Assembly: GCA_041661385.1 (NCBI GenBank)
Contig: JBAZUP010000001.1
Span: 418,560 to 482,559 of the forward strand
Reading direction: 5' to 3'
From: Patescibacteria group bacterium
Lineage (GTDB): Bacteria; Patescibacteriota; Patescibacteriia; Magasanikbacterales; GWA2-37-8
Length of the DNA: 64,000 nucleotides
Shown: positions 37,390 through 47,763 of the stretch, in pieces
Layout of the letters: every line of letters starts with the position of its first letter
Position numbering within the stretch: position 1 is the stretch's first letter
The notes under the pieces: generated by a model
The model's database searches: none
Told to the model about the DNA's origin: nothing
The model's input: the letters and a program-made list of their open reading frames with translations, nothing else
Position numbers and translations under genes: made by a program

Positions 37390-38532
37390 ATGGCATTAAA
37401 CGATATTGAACAATTGAAAAAATTAATTGAGCCAAGCAAACACATTTTGCTGATTTTTAGCTCCAAAGATAATGGCGATGCCGTAGCAGCCGCCCTCGCC
37501 CTAAAAAATCTTTTTGAAAAACAGCACCGTTTGGCAGATATTGCCTGCAGTGAATTTGTCGCAAAAAAGCAATTTAGCTTTTTGCCGGAAATAAATTCCA
37601 TCCGAAGCTCGCTTACCAATTTACAAAAATTCATCATTAAGGTCGATGTTTCAAAAAACCCGATCGAGTCACTAAGTTATGATATAAAAGATTCGACCCT
37701 AAATATTTATCTTACTCCAAAAAATGGTCTAATAACTAAAAACGAGCTTCGTACCGCCCAGTCCACCTTTAAATATGATTTAATTATTACTCTAAATACT
37801 CCGGATTTGGAATCGCTCGGAAATATTTTCTTTAATAATACGGATTTATTCTACCGCACTCCGGTAGTAGCAATTGACCACGGCGCCAGCAACGAACGCT
37901 ATGGACAGGTAAATATTATTGATTTGTCCGCCACCTCAACCTCGGAAATCGTTTACAAAATTGTAAAAGATGCCGGTGAAAATTACTTTGATGAAAAAAT
38001 TTCTACCGCTATTCTTACCGGTATGACCATTGCCACCGGCAGTTTTAAACAACCGAACCTCTCACCTACCACCCTACAAATCGCAAGCAGCCTCATGGCA
38101 CGCGGCGCCGACCGAGAAAAAATTATTCAAAATCTTTACCACACCCGTTCAATTGCGACTTTAAAACTTTGGGGTGAAGCCTTGACCCATCTTCAAATTA
38201 ATCCGCGCCTTGGCTTCGTCTCGACCACTCTTACCCGAGATAATTTTATTCGCTCTGGCGGTTCACCAGACGATTTGCATGGTATTATTGAGGAATTAAT
38301 AAGTAATTCGCCGGAAGCAAAAGTTTTTGCCTTGCTTTATGAAATTGATAATGGTGAGAAAAAAATCGGCGTGCTAGTCGCAGCCGAAAAAAACTTCGAT
38401 GCTATGCATTTGGCGAGACCGCTTCAACCTGAAGGCAATCGTCATTTGGCAAAAATACTTATTAGAGGAAAAACTTTGGCCGAAGCCGAAACACTGGTGC
38501 TTAAGACAATTTCGGACGCAATGCCAAATTAA
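37390..38532 (+). CDS. DHH/DHHA1 family phosphoesterase (NrnA-like nanoRNase / pAp phosphatase)
   Basis: D-x-D-like LLIFSSKDNGDAV near the N-terminus. The AIDHGAS motif has a DHG variant of the DHH motif. C-terminal DHHA1-like GGSPDDLHG. Confidence 0.65.
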   Translation: MALNDIEQLKKLIEPSKHILLIFSSKDNGDAVAAALALKNLFEKQHRLADIACSEFVAKKQFSFLPEINSIRSSLTNLQKFIIKVDVSKNPIESLSYDIKDSTLNIYLTPKNGLITKNELRTAQSTFKYDLIITLNTPDLESLGNIFFNNTDLFYRTPVVAIDHGASNERYGQVNIIDLSATSTSEIVYKIVKDAGENYFDEKISTAILTGMTIATGSFKQPNLSPTTLQIASSLMARGADREKIIQNLYHTRSIATLKLWGEALTHLQINPRLGFVSTTLTRDNFIRSGGSPDDLHGIIEELISNSPEAKVFALLYEIDNGEKKIGVLVAAEKNFDAMHLARPLQPEGNRHLAKILIRGKTLAEAETLVLKTISDAMPN

Positions 38533-38535
38533 AAA

Positions 38536-38560
38536 ATCTCCCGAAGCAGGAGATTTTTTT
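38536..38560 (+). terminator. Rho-independent terminator
   Basis: tctcc-cgaagc-aggaga hairpin followed by T7. Confidence 0.6.
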
Positions 38561-38621
38561 GTTATCTTAAATTTATTTCAGAATCTATACGAATCAAACT
38601 CCGCATGACAACCTTTATAAA

Positions 38622-40208
38622 CTAAATTAGCGGTACGCCCGTCATTTCTGGTGGTTGTTCAATATCTAGTAATTTTAATACTGTTGGAGCGATATCAGCA
38701 AGCACACCAACCGGCGCGAGCAAGCTTAAATCTCCTTCTGGCGGATCTCCGCCCGGACCAGCTTGACCCCTAAAATCATCGCCGATAATAACACATGGTA
38801 CCGGATTTACCGAATGCTCCTTATCCATTTCAGTAGTTTGTAAATTTAATAATTCTTCGGCATTGCCATGATCAGCGGTAAAAATAACGACCCCTTCATG
38901 AGCGAGAGTGTGTTTTACTACTTCGCCTAACCCAATATCGGCCGCTTCGCACGCCGCGATGGTTGCCGGAAGATTGCCAGTATGACCAACCATATCGGCG
39001 TTCGCAAAATTTATTACCACAAAATCATAATTGCCGCTGTCGATTGCTTTAATCGCTTCTTTTGTTACTCCGGGTGCGGACATTTCCGGCAACTCCGCGT
39101 AGCTGCCAATTCTCGGCGAAGGAACTAAAACTCGATCTTCACCAGGAAATTGCTCTTCAACCGTACCGTTTAGAAAAAATGTAACGTGGCCATATTTTTC
39201 GGTTTCCGCGATATGTATCTGTTTTAAATTATTTTTACTTATTACTTCGGCAAGACAATTGTGAACAACAATAGGTTCATAAGCAACCACGACCGGAATA
39301 TTTTTTTCATATTCCATCATGGTTACAAAAAATAAATTCTCGATTCGATCTCTTTCAAAACCGGTAAAAGCCGGCAACACAAAAGCTTTGGTAAGTTCAC
39401 GCGCCCGATCCGGCCGAAAATTAAAAAATATCGCGGCATCGTTTTTTTCAATTGAACCAACTGGGGCGCCTTTCATATCGGTAATCACCGTCGGAACAAA
39501 TTCTTCATCGTAAACTTTTTCATTATAAGAATCCATTACTGCCTGTTCGGGGTCAGCCGATTTCTTTTCCGACTGGCCGAGCGCCATGGCGTGATAAGCT
39601 CTTTCTACACGCTGCCAGCGGTTGTCGCGATCGAGCGCGTAAAACCGGCCCGAAATAGTCGCGATTTGCCCCACTTGCAAGGTGGCCAATTTTTGCCTTA
39701 GATCTTTTATTAAACTCACTCCAAGATTAAAACCACAATCGCGACCGTCCAAAATGGCGTGCACATAAACTTGCTTATTTAATCCGTTACGTTTGCATAG
39801 TTCAAGCAAGGCATAAAGATGATCCATGCTAGAGTGAACATTTCCCGAGCTAAGCATGCCAATAAGATGCAAAGAAGAATGATTTGTTTTCGCATGTTCA
39901 ATCGCCCGAAGGAAGGCCTGATTTTCAAAAAAACTTCCATCAGCAATAGATTGGTTGATACGCGGACAAGATTGATAATAGACGCGGCCAGCGCCAATAT
40001 TCAAGTGGCCGACTTCAGAATTGCCGATTTCTCCAAACAAAAGACCCACTTCATTTCCGGAAGCGTAAAGTGTCATTGCCGGATAATTTTTGAGGTATTC
40101 CGAAAAATTCGGGGTCTTGGCCTTGGTAATAGCATTTCCTTCGCTCGGTGGAGCTACTCCCCAACCGTCAAAAATTGTCAGCACTACCGGCCGGTAATGT
40201 TTCGCCAT
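38622..40208 (-). CDS. gpmI: 2,3-bisphosphoglycerate-independent phosphoglycerate mutase (copy 1)
   Basis: TIFDGWG and GNSEVGHLNIGAGR (catalytic Ser) near the N-terminus. C-terminal metal-binding DHGN. 528 aa. Confidence 0.85.
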   Translation of the reverse strand: MAKHYRPVVLTIFDGWGVAPPSEGNAITKAKTPNFSEYLKNYPAMTLYASGNEVGLLFGEIGNSEVGHLNIGAGRVYYQSCPRINQSIADGSFFENQAFLRAIEHAKTNHSSLHLIGMLSSGNVHSSMDHLYALLELCKRNGLNKQVYVHAILDGRDCGFNLGVSLIKDLRQKLATLQVGQIATISGRFYALDRDNRWQRVERAYHAMALGQSEKKSADPEQAVMDSYNEKVYDEEFVPTVITDMKGAPVGSIEKNDAAIFFNFRPDRARELTKAFVLPAFTGFERDRIENLFFVTMMEYEKNIPVVVAYEPIVVHNCLAEVISKNNLKQIHIAETEKYGHVTFFLNGTVEEQFPGEDRVLVPSPRIGSYAELPEMSAPGVTKEAIKAIDSGNYDFVVINFANADMVGHTGNLPATIAACEAADIGLGEVVKHTLAHEGVVIFTADHGNAEELLNLQTTEMDKEHSVNPVPCVIIGDDFRGQAGPGGDPPEGDLSLLAPVGVLADIAPTVLKLLDIEQPPEMTGVPLI

Positions 40209-40290
40209 ATTCGAAATAAGTGAGGAAATATTTAAATGTATTAAATTATTTCCGAACTACAAAGAATTGAAGTTTAACTGGTTAATATTT

Positions 40291-41853
40291 TTAAAACAGT
40301 GGTTTTCCTGTCATTTCTCTAGGCGCTTTAATATCCATAAGTTTTAAGATTGTCGGCGCCACATCACACAGTCTACCCGCTCTAAGATTTTTTTTCAACT
40401 TTAGCCTCTTAAAATCTTTTGTATCAGACACAATGATAAACGGAACAGGATTTATTGAATGTTCCGAATCAGTTTCTCCGGTTTTGGAATTTATCATTTC
40501 TTCGGCATTACCATGATCGGCAGTAATGACACAAATTGCCCCCGCCTTAATAGTAGCACTAACGATTTTTCCTAAAACTTCATCAAGCGCCCTTACCGCT
40601 TTTTTCCCGGCTTCAAGATTTCCAGTATGACCAATCATATCGGCATTCGCAAAATTTACGGCAATAAACTCATATTCATTTTTTTCAATGGCTTTTATCA
40701 CGTGACTTCCAAGTTCTCGCGATTTCATTTCCGGTTTATTTACAAAATTCTTTAAATGATCTGATTCAATTTTTACCCATTGCTCATCACAAAAATGCTG
40801 GGCATAACCGCCATTCAAAAAATAGGTAACATGCGCGAATTTCTCTGATTCCGCAATATATAGCTGATGTTTTGGGCAAAGTACCGCCACCAAACTATTC
40901 TTCACGTCACGACTCGGAAATGCCGTAAAAATACCGGCCAGATCCGGACCAAAATCTGTCATCGCTACGAAGCGATTGTTTTTGGGAACATGAGCGCGGT
41001 GAAATGCTCCCGGATTAGATTTTTCAAAATCCTTTTGCACCAACGATTTTGTAAGTTGGCGGGCCCGGTCGCTGCGTAAATTAAAAAAGAAAAACACGTC
41101 ATTATCTTTGACCGTGGCAACCGGTTTATTATTTTCGGTAATAACCGTCGGTGAAATGAACTCATCGCTTTCTTCGGAATTATAAGCCATTGAGATTGCC
41201 TCTTCTGCTCCACTCGCCATTTTTCCTTTTCCGCACACAATAGCATTATAAGCGGCTTCAGTTCGCTCCCAAACTTTATTGCGGTCCATCGCGTAAAACC
41301 TACCCATCACGGTCGCAATTTTTTCATTACCGTGAAAATGAGCTTCCAATTTATTTAAGTGTGACAGAGCATCATGCTGACCGGAATCTCGTCCATCGGT
41401 AAATAGATGTAAAAATACTTTTTTTACACCTTCTTTATGGAATAAATCGAGTAACGCATAAACATGTTCCGGACAAGAATGAGCACTATTATGATTCGAC
41501 AAAAGACCCATCACATGCACGCTTGTTTGATATTTTTTTACGTGATGTATCGCCTGCTGAAAAGCATTATTTTTGAAAAAAGAATCATCTTTGATAGCAT
41601 CGGAAACATAAATCGCATCCTGTTTTACCACCCGACCGGCGCCGATATTCAAGTGCCCAGCTTCGCTATTTCCTTCCTGCCCTTTTCGAAGCCCGACCGC
41701 CTCACCGCTTGCTTCCAATTCTGAACTTGGATAATCCTTGAGCCATTTATAAAAATTCGGCGCGGTTTGCGGCGTTATGGCGCTGGCCTTACAATTTTTT
41801 GCCGGCATCCCCCAACCATCCAAAATAATAAGCAGAGTCGTTTGCTTTGGCAT
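40291..41853 (-). CDS. gpmI: 2,3-bisphosphoglycerate-independent phosphoglycerate mutase (divergent tandem paralog, copy 2)
   Basis: ILDGWG and GNSEAGHLNIGAGR. ADHGN near the C-terminus. 520 aa. Clearly diverged from copy 1 but has the same architecture. Confidence 0.8.
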   Translation of the reverse strand: MPKQTTLLIILDGWGMPAKNCKASAITPQTAPNFYKWLKDYPSSELEASGEAVGLRKGQEGNSEAGHLNIGAGRVVKQDAIYVSDAIKDDSFFKNNAFQQAIHHVKKYQTSVHVMGLLSNHNSAHSCPEHVYALLDLFHKEGVKKVFLHLFTDGRDSGQHDALSHLNKLEAHFHGNEKIATVMGRFYAMDRNKVWERTEAAYNAIVCGKGKMASGAEEAISMAYNSEESDEFISPTVITENNKPVATVKDNDVFFFFNLRSDRARQLTKSLVQKDFEKSNPGAFHRAHVPKNNRFVAMTDFGPDLAGIFTAFPSRDVKNSLVAVLCPKHQLYIAESEKFAHVTYFLNGGYAQHFCDEQWVKIESDHLKNFVNKPEMKSRELGSHVIKAIEKNEYEFIAVNFANADMIGHTGNLEAGKKAVRALDEVLGKIVSATIKAGAICVITADHGNAEEMINSKTGETDSEHSINPVPFIIVSDTKDFKRLKLKKNLRAGRLCDVAPTILKLMDIKAPREMTGKPLF

Positions 41854-41854
41854 A

Positions 41855-43102
41855 TTAAAATCCTAATTCTAGCTCAATCTCCATAAGACGATTGTATTTT
41901 TCAACTCGCTCCGAACGGGAAAGCGAGCCAGTTTTTATAAATTCCGCGTTTACCGCAACCGCCAAATCGGCAATAAAAGTATCTGATGTTTCTCCGCTAC
42001 GGTGTGAAATAATTACTTTATAACCATTTTGTTTTGCCAGTTTTATTGCCGCAATTGTCTCCGTCAAAGTTCCAATCTGATTTAATTTTATGAGTACCGC
42101 ATTACCAACTTTTTCTTTTATTCCTTTTTGAATTCTATCAACGTTCGTTACAAAAAGATCATCCCCAACCAAAGCCACTTTATTACCAAGTTCTTTGGTT
42201 AATTTTTTCCAATTCGTCCAATCATCTTCCGATAAACCATCTTCAATCAAAATCAAAGGATATTTTTTTAGCCAATCTTTATAATTCGCTACTAGTCGAT
42301 CCGCTTGCCAGCTCTGTTTTTTGCTGACGAAATAATAATTGCCTTTTTTATAAAATTCAGATGCCGCGACATCAAGACCCAAAAAAACATCCTTTCCGGC
42401 TTCCCAACCGGCTTCTTTTATTGCCTGAACCAAAAGCTGTAAAGCTCTTTCATTGTTTTGCAAAGTTGGAGCAAATCCGCCTTCATCGCCGACTGAGGTG
42501 GTAAATCCTTTTTGACTAAGAATTTGCGCGAGGGCATGAAAAATTTGCGAGCCCATTCTTACTCGTTCGCGAAATAATTTTGCCCTGGGGATTATCATGA
42601 ATTCCTGAATTGTTAATCCGTTATCGGCATGTCGACCGCCATTTAAAATATTCATGGTTGGAACCGGCAATCGAAATTCCTTTTCTTTCAAACGAAAAGT
42701 GGAACGAACATATTTATAAAGTGGAACTCCCCGGTTTGCGGCAGACGCTCTTGCCGCAGCTAGTGATACGGCCAAAATCGCATTGGCGCCAAGCCTTGAT
42801 TTGCTGGGTGTGCCATCGAGTAATATCATTTTTTCATCAATCTCTTCTTGGTTCTCTACGTCGATACCTTTTAGGGCTGGGCCGATTTTTGTGACAACAT
42901 TTTTTACCGCTCGCAAAACCCCTTTTCCGCCATAGCGTTTACCGCCGTCTCTTAGTTCAAGGGCCTCATGGCTGCCGGTAGAGGCGCCAGACGGAACCTT
43001 GGCACTACCGGTAACACCATTTACAAGCATGACTGTAGCTTCAACCGTCGGATTACCTCTTGAATCGAGGATTTCTCTTGCACTAATATTTTTTATTTTC
43101 AT
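41855..43102 (-). CDS. eno: Enolase
   Basis: ILDSRGNPTVE N-terminus and SHRSGETED-like (SHRSGETSD) active-site motif. 415 aa. Confidence 0.95.
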   Translation of the reverse strand: MKIKNISAREILDSRGNPTVEATVMLVNGVTGSAKVPSGASTGSHEALELRDGGKRYGGKGVLRAVKNVVTKIGPALKGIDVENQEEIDEKMILLDGTPSKSRLGANAILAVSLAAARASAANRGVPLYKYVRSTFRLKEKEFRLPVPTMNILNGGRHADNGLTIQEFMIIPRAKLFRERVRMGSQIFHALAQILSQKGFTTSVGDEGGFAPTLQNNERALQLLVQAIKEAGWEAGKDVFLGLDVAASEFYKKGNYYFVSKKQSWQADRLVANYKDWLKKYPLILIEDGLSEDDWTNWKKLTKELGNKVALVGDDLFVTNVDRIQKGIKEKVGNAVLIKLNQIGTLTETIAAIKLAKQNGYKVIISHRSGETSDTFIADLAVAVNAEFIKTGSLSRSERVEKYNRLMEIELELGF

Positions 43103-43201
43103 ATCAAATGATAGATAATGTCTGAATATTGATGCTCCAAGTATAACATAAAAAAATGTATTAAAAAAGGGGCTTTTAACCCCTTTTTAAACTATATTAT
43201 C

Positions 43202-44095
43202 TTACCAGCGCGGTGTCAAAATTTTGTAGGTAATACTGACATTCATGACAATATCCTGGCTTCCGGATGCTACTTCGGCCGGACCGCCATAACCACCGCC
43301 GCCGCCAATTCCATCGACTTTTGCATAGCTACTATAAATCGGCATTGGGGAATTTTCGTAGTCGGAATAAGAAATTACTTCTCCAAGCTGAACGCCGAGC
43401 ATTTGAGCTAATTGCACAGATTTTTTCTTGGCATCGAGCAAGGCTTTGGCGCGCGCTTCTGATTTTAGATTTTCTGTATCATCGATGGTAAAACTTAATC
43501 CACCGACTTGGTTCGCTCCATATTTGCCAGGTAAAGATAAAATATCACTAATCTTGTTCAAATCGCGAATTTTAACTGTGACATTATTGTTTACCCGATA
43601 ACCCTTAAAGGTTGTGCCTTTTTGAGTGTAGTCATATTCCGGATTGATGGAGTAATTACTTTGCATGTCTTTTGCGTCAATTCCTTGTTTTTTTAGATCG
43701 GCAACAACTTGATCCATTACTTTTTTATTTTCGGTTTGGGCTTTAGCAACGTCGGTATTCAAATTTGAAAAACCGATTGTCGTGACCGCGATATCATTAC
43801 TGCCGGTAATTTTGGCAGTTCCAACCACCGAAATCATACGCTCCATGGTGTCGGCGTGGCCAATGGTGTCATATTTTTTTATGTTGTTGCGCATTAAAGT
43901 GCCAACATAAAAAGTTAAATAAACAATCAGTACTCCAACTAGGGTCATTAGAATTTGTTTTCCAAAGTGCCCGTGACCGTGACAACATTTTCCAGCCTCA
44001 TGATGATTATTCATACCTGGAGTTGCCGAAGCATTATCGCCGGCAGATTCAATTTTTTTAAAACCGATAGGCATATTTTTTCCTCCTGAACCCAA
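43202..44095 (-). CDS. SIMPL-domain (DUF541) membrane-anchored protein
   Basis: N-terminal His/Cys-rich stretch and a TM anchor. The SIMPL-like core has conserved spacing of YSINPEYDY...GYRVNNNVTVKIRDLNK...VGGLSF. Confidence 0.6.
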   Translation of the reverse strand: MGSGGKNMPIGFKKIESAGDNASATPGMNNHHEAGKCCHGHGHFGKQILMTLVGVLIVYLTFYVGTLMRNNIKKYDTIGHADTMERMISVVGTAKITGSNDIAVTTIGFSNLNTDVAKAQTENKKVMDQVVADLKKQGIDAKDMQSNYSINPEYDYTQKGTTFKGYRVNNNVTVKIRDLNKISDILSLPGKYGANQVGGLSFTIDDTENLKSEARAKALLDAKKKSVQLAQMLGVQLGEVISYSDYENSPMPIYSSYAKVDGIGGGGGYGGPAEVASGSQDIVMNVSITYKILTPRW

Positions 44096-44148
44096 ACGGG
44101 TTCTTAAATATAATTAAAAATTTATTAAATAATATTCACTTCCGGAAT

Positions 44149-45321
44149 CTATTTTAACGCTTTTAAGCCCGGCAACTTATCTCCCGATAAAAATTCCAGC
44201 ATTGCGCCTCCACCGGTCGAAACCAAATCAATATCCGTCATCGCTCGAATTTTTTCCAAGATTTGCACAGTTTCTCCGCCGCCGCAAACCCCGAGCGCGT
44301 GACCTTTGGAGCGAGCTGCGAACAACCTCGCGAGTGAAAAAGTGCCATATTGGTAAGGATGCTGTTCAAACATACCAAGCGCGCCATTCCATACCAAAGT
44401 TTTCGCTTTTTTCAGATATTTCGCAAATAAATGCACAGATTCCGGACCAATATCATAAATCGCTTCATTTTTACCGACCGATAATTCCGAAACTTTTACT
44501 ACTCTAACTTTATTTCCTTTGGCATCACCCACAATTACATCCACCGGCAAAATTACTTTTCTATTTTCACAATATCGCTTAACTTCTTTTTCTAAACCTT
44601 TACTATAAATTGATTTTCCGATCGGTTTCTTTAGTGAAGCGAGATAGGTGTTAAAAATTCCTCCGCCCACCAAAATATAATCGGCAATCGGTAATAATTT
44701 TTTTAATACCGGAATTTTTGTTTCTGCTTTAGCGCCGCCAAGCATCACGAGGAGCGGCCGCTTTGGCCGGCGTAGCACATTAGATAAAACGGTAATTTCT
44801 TCAAAAAGTAACAAACCGGCATAAGATGGAACATATTTCGCAACCCCCGAAACCGAGGCAGCCCGACGATGAGCAACTGCAAAGCCATCGAGAACAAAGA
44901 TATCACAAAGGCTCGCGAGCACTTTTGATAAATGCTGGCCTTCCGTTTCTTCATCTTTTAAAAAACGAATATTTTCGAGCATCGCAACCGAACCATTTGG
45001 CATAGCAGAAACTGCCGCCTGGGTATTTCTCCAATCTTGCCCTTTGGTAATCGGCAATAATTTAACTTTTCTTTGTAATAAATCTTCGAGACGATGCACG
45101 ACCGGTTTTAAACTATGTTTTGAATCTATTCCGTTTGGCCGACCAAGATGACTAACAAGTACCACTCGAGCGCCCTGATTTAACAAATATTCAATGGTAG
45201 GTAAACTCCGAGATAATTTATAATCACTAACCACTTTTCCTTTGTGAATAGAAACGTTGAAATCCACTCGAACTAACACTTTTTTGCCGGTAAGGTTTTT
45301 TATTTGTCGCACCGATTTCAT
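44149..45321 (-). CDS. pgk: Phosphoglycerate kinase
   Basis: VLVRVDFNV N-terminal motif, hinge and C-terminal nucleotide-binding domain. 390 aa. Confidence 0.9.
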   Translation of the reverse strand: MKSVRQIKNLTGKKVLVRVDFNVSIHKGKVVSDYKLSRSLPTIEYLLNQGARVVLVSHLGRPNGIDSKHSLKPVVHRLEDLLQRKVKLLPITKGQDWRNTQAAVSAMPNGSVAMLENIRFLKDEETEGQHLSKVLASLCDIFVLDGFAVAHRRAASVSGVAKYVPSYAGLLLFEEITVLSNVLRRPKRPLLVMLGGAKAETKIPVLKKLLPIADYILVGGGIFNTYLASLKKPIGKSIYSKGLEKEVKRYCENRKVILPVDVIVGDAKGNKVRVVKVSELSVGKNEAIYDIGPESVHLFAKYLKKAKTLVWNGALGMFEQHPYQYGTFSLARLFAARSKGHALGVCGGGETVQILEKIRAMTDIDLVSTGGGAMLEFLSGDKLPGLKALK

Positions 45322-45470
45322 AAGCGAAATGAATGAGGGAAACGAAAGCTTGCTTCTGTTTCCGAGTGAATGAGCCTATATGGCGAAGCCTGATATAAAA
45401 AAATAATGATTACTTCTCTTGTAATCATTATACCACATTTTATCGCTGTCAAAAAATTTGCGAAGCCCAT

Positions 45471-46520
45471 TTATCTGCCGCTAATCTCTGCGTATCCTTC
45501 ATCATCCGGCCAAATATAATTTTCAAAAACCCACTCTGAAATATCTCTGGCTTCGGTAAATCTTTTTTCGTTTGAGGCGGCACCCAAAATCACAGTCCGA
45601 AGGACATGCGATTTTTCGCCGGGAATCCTAACCACAAAATTATAACCAGACTGATCGATGAAGCCGGTTTTTCCGGCAAGAACATCTTTATCAAAATTAT
45701 TTGGAATCCAATTAATTAAAAGCCAGTCCGTGCTCCAAACATGATGTTTAGTTTTATTATTTAGAGGTACGGCAAAGTATTCACCCATTTTCAAAGTTTC
45801 AGAAATTTTATCCACTTTTAATGCCGCCTTCAGCAAACGCAAAACATCTACCGCCTTACCCATATTTCTTTCGTCGAGTCCGGTTGATTCTACAAACTGT
45901 AGTGAATTAAGCCCCAGTGCTTCCGCTTTCTCGTTCATTTTTTTTACAAAATCTTCTTCGTTAAGGCCAGTCACTCGCGCCAGGGCGCGAATCGCGCTGT
46001 TGGACGAACCGATAAGCGCTACTTTCCATAAATCATCTAAAATATATTTTTCTCCTTCATTAAGATGATGGCTGGACGGATCGGTATCATTCTCCGATAT
46101 TATTGTCGAAGAATTCCAATCGAGATTAAGATCATTTAAAACCAAAGCTGACATGAGTTTGGTAATACTCGCAAGCGATCTGACTTCATCAATATTTTTT
46201 TTATACAAAATTGTATTACTTTTATCGTCTACAACAACTACTACTGCGGCGCTAAGATTGCCGGGGTAGACTGCCAGGCTGTTTTTTAATAATGGCGTTG
46301 CCGGTCGGCTAACCGGTAAAACCGGCAGCAGTTCGTCTCCGCCTTTTTTATATGGCTCAGCTTGGGCGACTTGTGTTTGGTCAACAATTTTTTCAACCGG
46401 TTTGGCGGTAATTGTAACGGATCCCAAAAATACCAGACCAACGCCTAGCACCATGACCCCAACTGATGAAAGATAATCCGATAATTTTTTTGATATCACA
46501 TTATTCTTTTTCGGACCCAA
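45471..46520 (-). CDS. Serine-type D-Ala-D-Ala carboxypeptidase (S11, PBP5/DacA-like)
   Basis: SxxK (SITK), SxN (SSNS) and KTG (GKTGF) motifs in the correct order. N-terminal TM/signal segment. Confidence 0.75.
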   Translation of the reverse strand: MGPKKNNVISKKLSDYLSSVGVMVLGVGLVFLGSVTITAKPVEKIVDQTQVAQAEPYKKGGDELLPVLPVSRPATPLLKNSLAVYPGNLSAAVVVVVDDKSNTILYKKNIDEVRSLASITKLMSALVLNDLNLDWNSSTIISENDTDPSSHHLNEGEKYILDDLWKVALIGSSNSAIRALARVTGLNEEDFVKKMNEKAEALGLNSLQFVESTGLDERNMGKAVDVLRLLKAALKVDKISETLKMGEYFAVPLNNKTKHHVWSTDWLLINWIPNNFDKDVLAGKTGFIDQSGYNFVVRIPGEKSHVLRTVILGAASNEKRFTEARDISEWVFENYIWPDDEGYAEISGR

Positions 46521-47061
46521 CCACGATTTGATTTAAAGTATTATTAATAAATTCATGATTGTGCAATGTTTCGTATTCGGGCAGTTCGGCCAAATTTGAA
46601 ACGCCAAGGTGCTGTAAATATTCCATGGTTACCTCGTAGGCCGGTAATAAATTATTTTCCGTTCCGGCTTCTTTGATTAAACCGCGAATTAATAAATTAC
46701 GTAAAATTAGACTGCAGTTCACACCGCGAATCTGCTCAATCTCCGGCTTCGTTAGCGGACCGCAATAAGAAATAACAGTAAGAGTCTCGAGTTGCGGCCG
46801 GGTAAGCTCACCGCTAATTTCTGTTTTAATAAAATGTTCGGCCACCGTGCGATTTTCCGGGTGCGCGACCAATTGAAATTCGCTATTGGTTTGAAACAAA
46901 ACTACTCCCGAAGAATTAGTGTCGTATTTTCCCTGCAATACTTTCAATTCCTTTTCAACCGCATCTTCATCAATCGCTAAAACTTTCGCAATTTTTTTTA
47001 TTGAAAGCGGTTTAGAGGCAACAAATAAAATTGATTCGATTTGAGAAATTAGAGCCGGCAT
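46501..47061 (-). CDS. scpB: Segregation and condensation protein B
   Basis: Tandem winged-helix ScpB family sequence. 186 aa. Directly downstream of scpA. Confidence 0.8.
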   Translation of the reverse strand: MPALISQIESILFVASKPLSIKKIAKVLAIDEDAVEKELKVLQGKYDTNSSGVVLFQTNSEFQLVAHPENRTVAEHFIKTEISGELTRPQLETLTVISYCGPLTKPEIEQIRGVNCSLILRNLLIRGLIKEAGTENNLLPAYEVTMEYLQHLGVSNLAELPEYETLHNHEFINNTLNQIVVGSEKE

Positions 47062-47062
47062 A

Positions 47063-47755
47063 CTAAACTTTATTTATCATCATATCGTTAAAAGAATTTT
47101 TTTGATTCACGGATATTTTTTCTTGCTTCAGTAATTCGAGAAGCGCGAGAAAACTGACGATAACTTCACTGCGGTTGGAATCTGAATTAAAAATATCTTT
47201 GAAACTGAGTTGGTTTAATTTTTTCAGACTTTCGTAAATTGATTTAATTTTTTGTTGTACCGATACGGTATGATCAATTCTAACTTCCGGCAACGGATTA
47301 ATCGGCTTTAATCTTTTTAAAAGCAATACAAAAGAATTTTTTAATTCTACGGCTGTGGCGTTCTGCGGAGCGGTAAACCCGGTTAAGACCGGCGCCGGCT
47401 CAACGCGTCCATATGCCATTTTTCCCTCGCCCCACAATTTTTCCACAAACTTACTGGCATCCGCGTAGCGCTTATAAAATTTCAGCTGCTCACTAAGGCT
47501 TAGCCCTTCTTCTTCGGGCGGGTACAGGTACGGCAAAAGCTGGCGCGATTTTATATAAACCAAACGCGTCGCTATTACCAAGAAATCTGCCAATTCATCG
47601 GACCGATTTTCATCCATTCCGGACAAAAATTGAAAAAACTGGTCCGTTACATCAGATAAAGAAACATCCGTAATGGCAAGTTTTTCATTCTCAATGAGCT
47701 GTAACAACAAATCCAACGGCCCTTCAAATTTTTCCAGCTTGAGTTCCTTGGGCAT
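47063..47755 (-). CDS. scpA: Segregation and condensation protein A (kleisin)
   Basis: LKLEKFEGPLDLLLQLIENEKL N-terminal ScpA signature. 230 aa. Confidence 0.8.
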   Translation of the reverse strand: MPKELKLEKFEGPLDLLLQLIENEKLAITDVSLSDVTDQFFQFLSGMDENRSDELADFLVIATRLVYIKSRQLLPYLYPPEEEGLSLSEQLKFYKRYADASKFVEKLWGEGKMAYGRVEPAPVLTGFTAPQNATAVELKNSFVLLLKRLKPINPLPEVRIDHTVSVQQKIKSIYESLKKLNQLSFKDIFNSDSNRSEVIVSFLALLELLKQEKISVNQKNSFNDMMINKV

Positions 47756-47763
47756 AAACCTCT

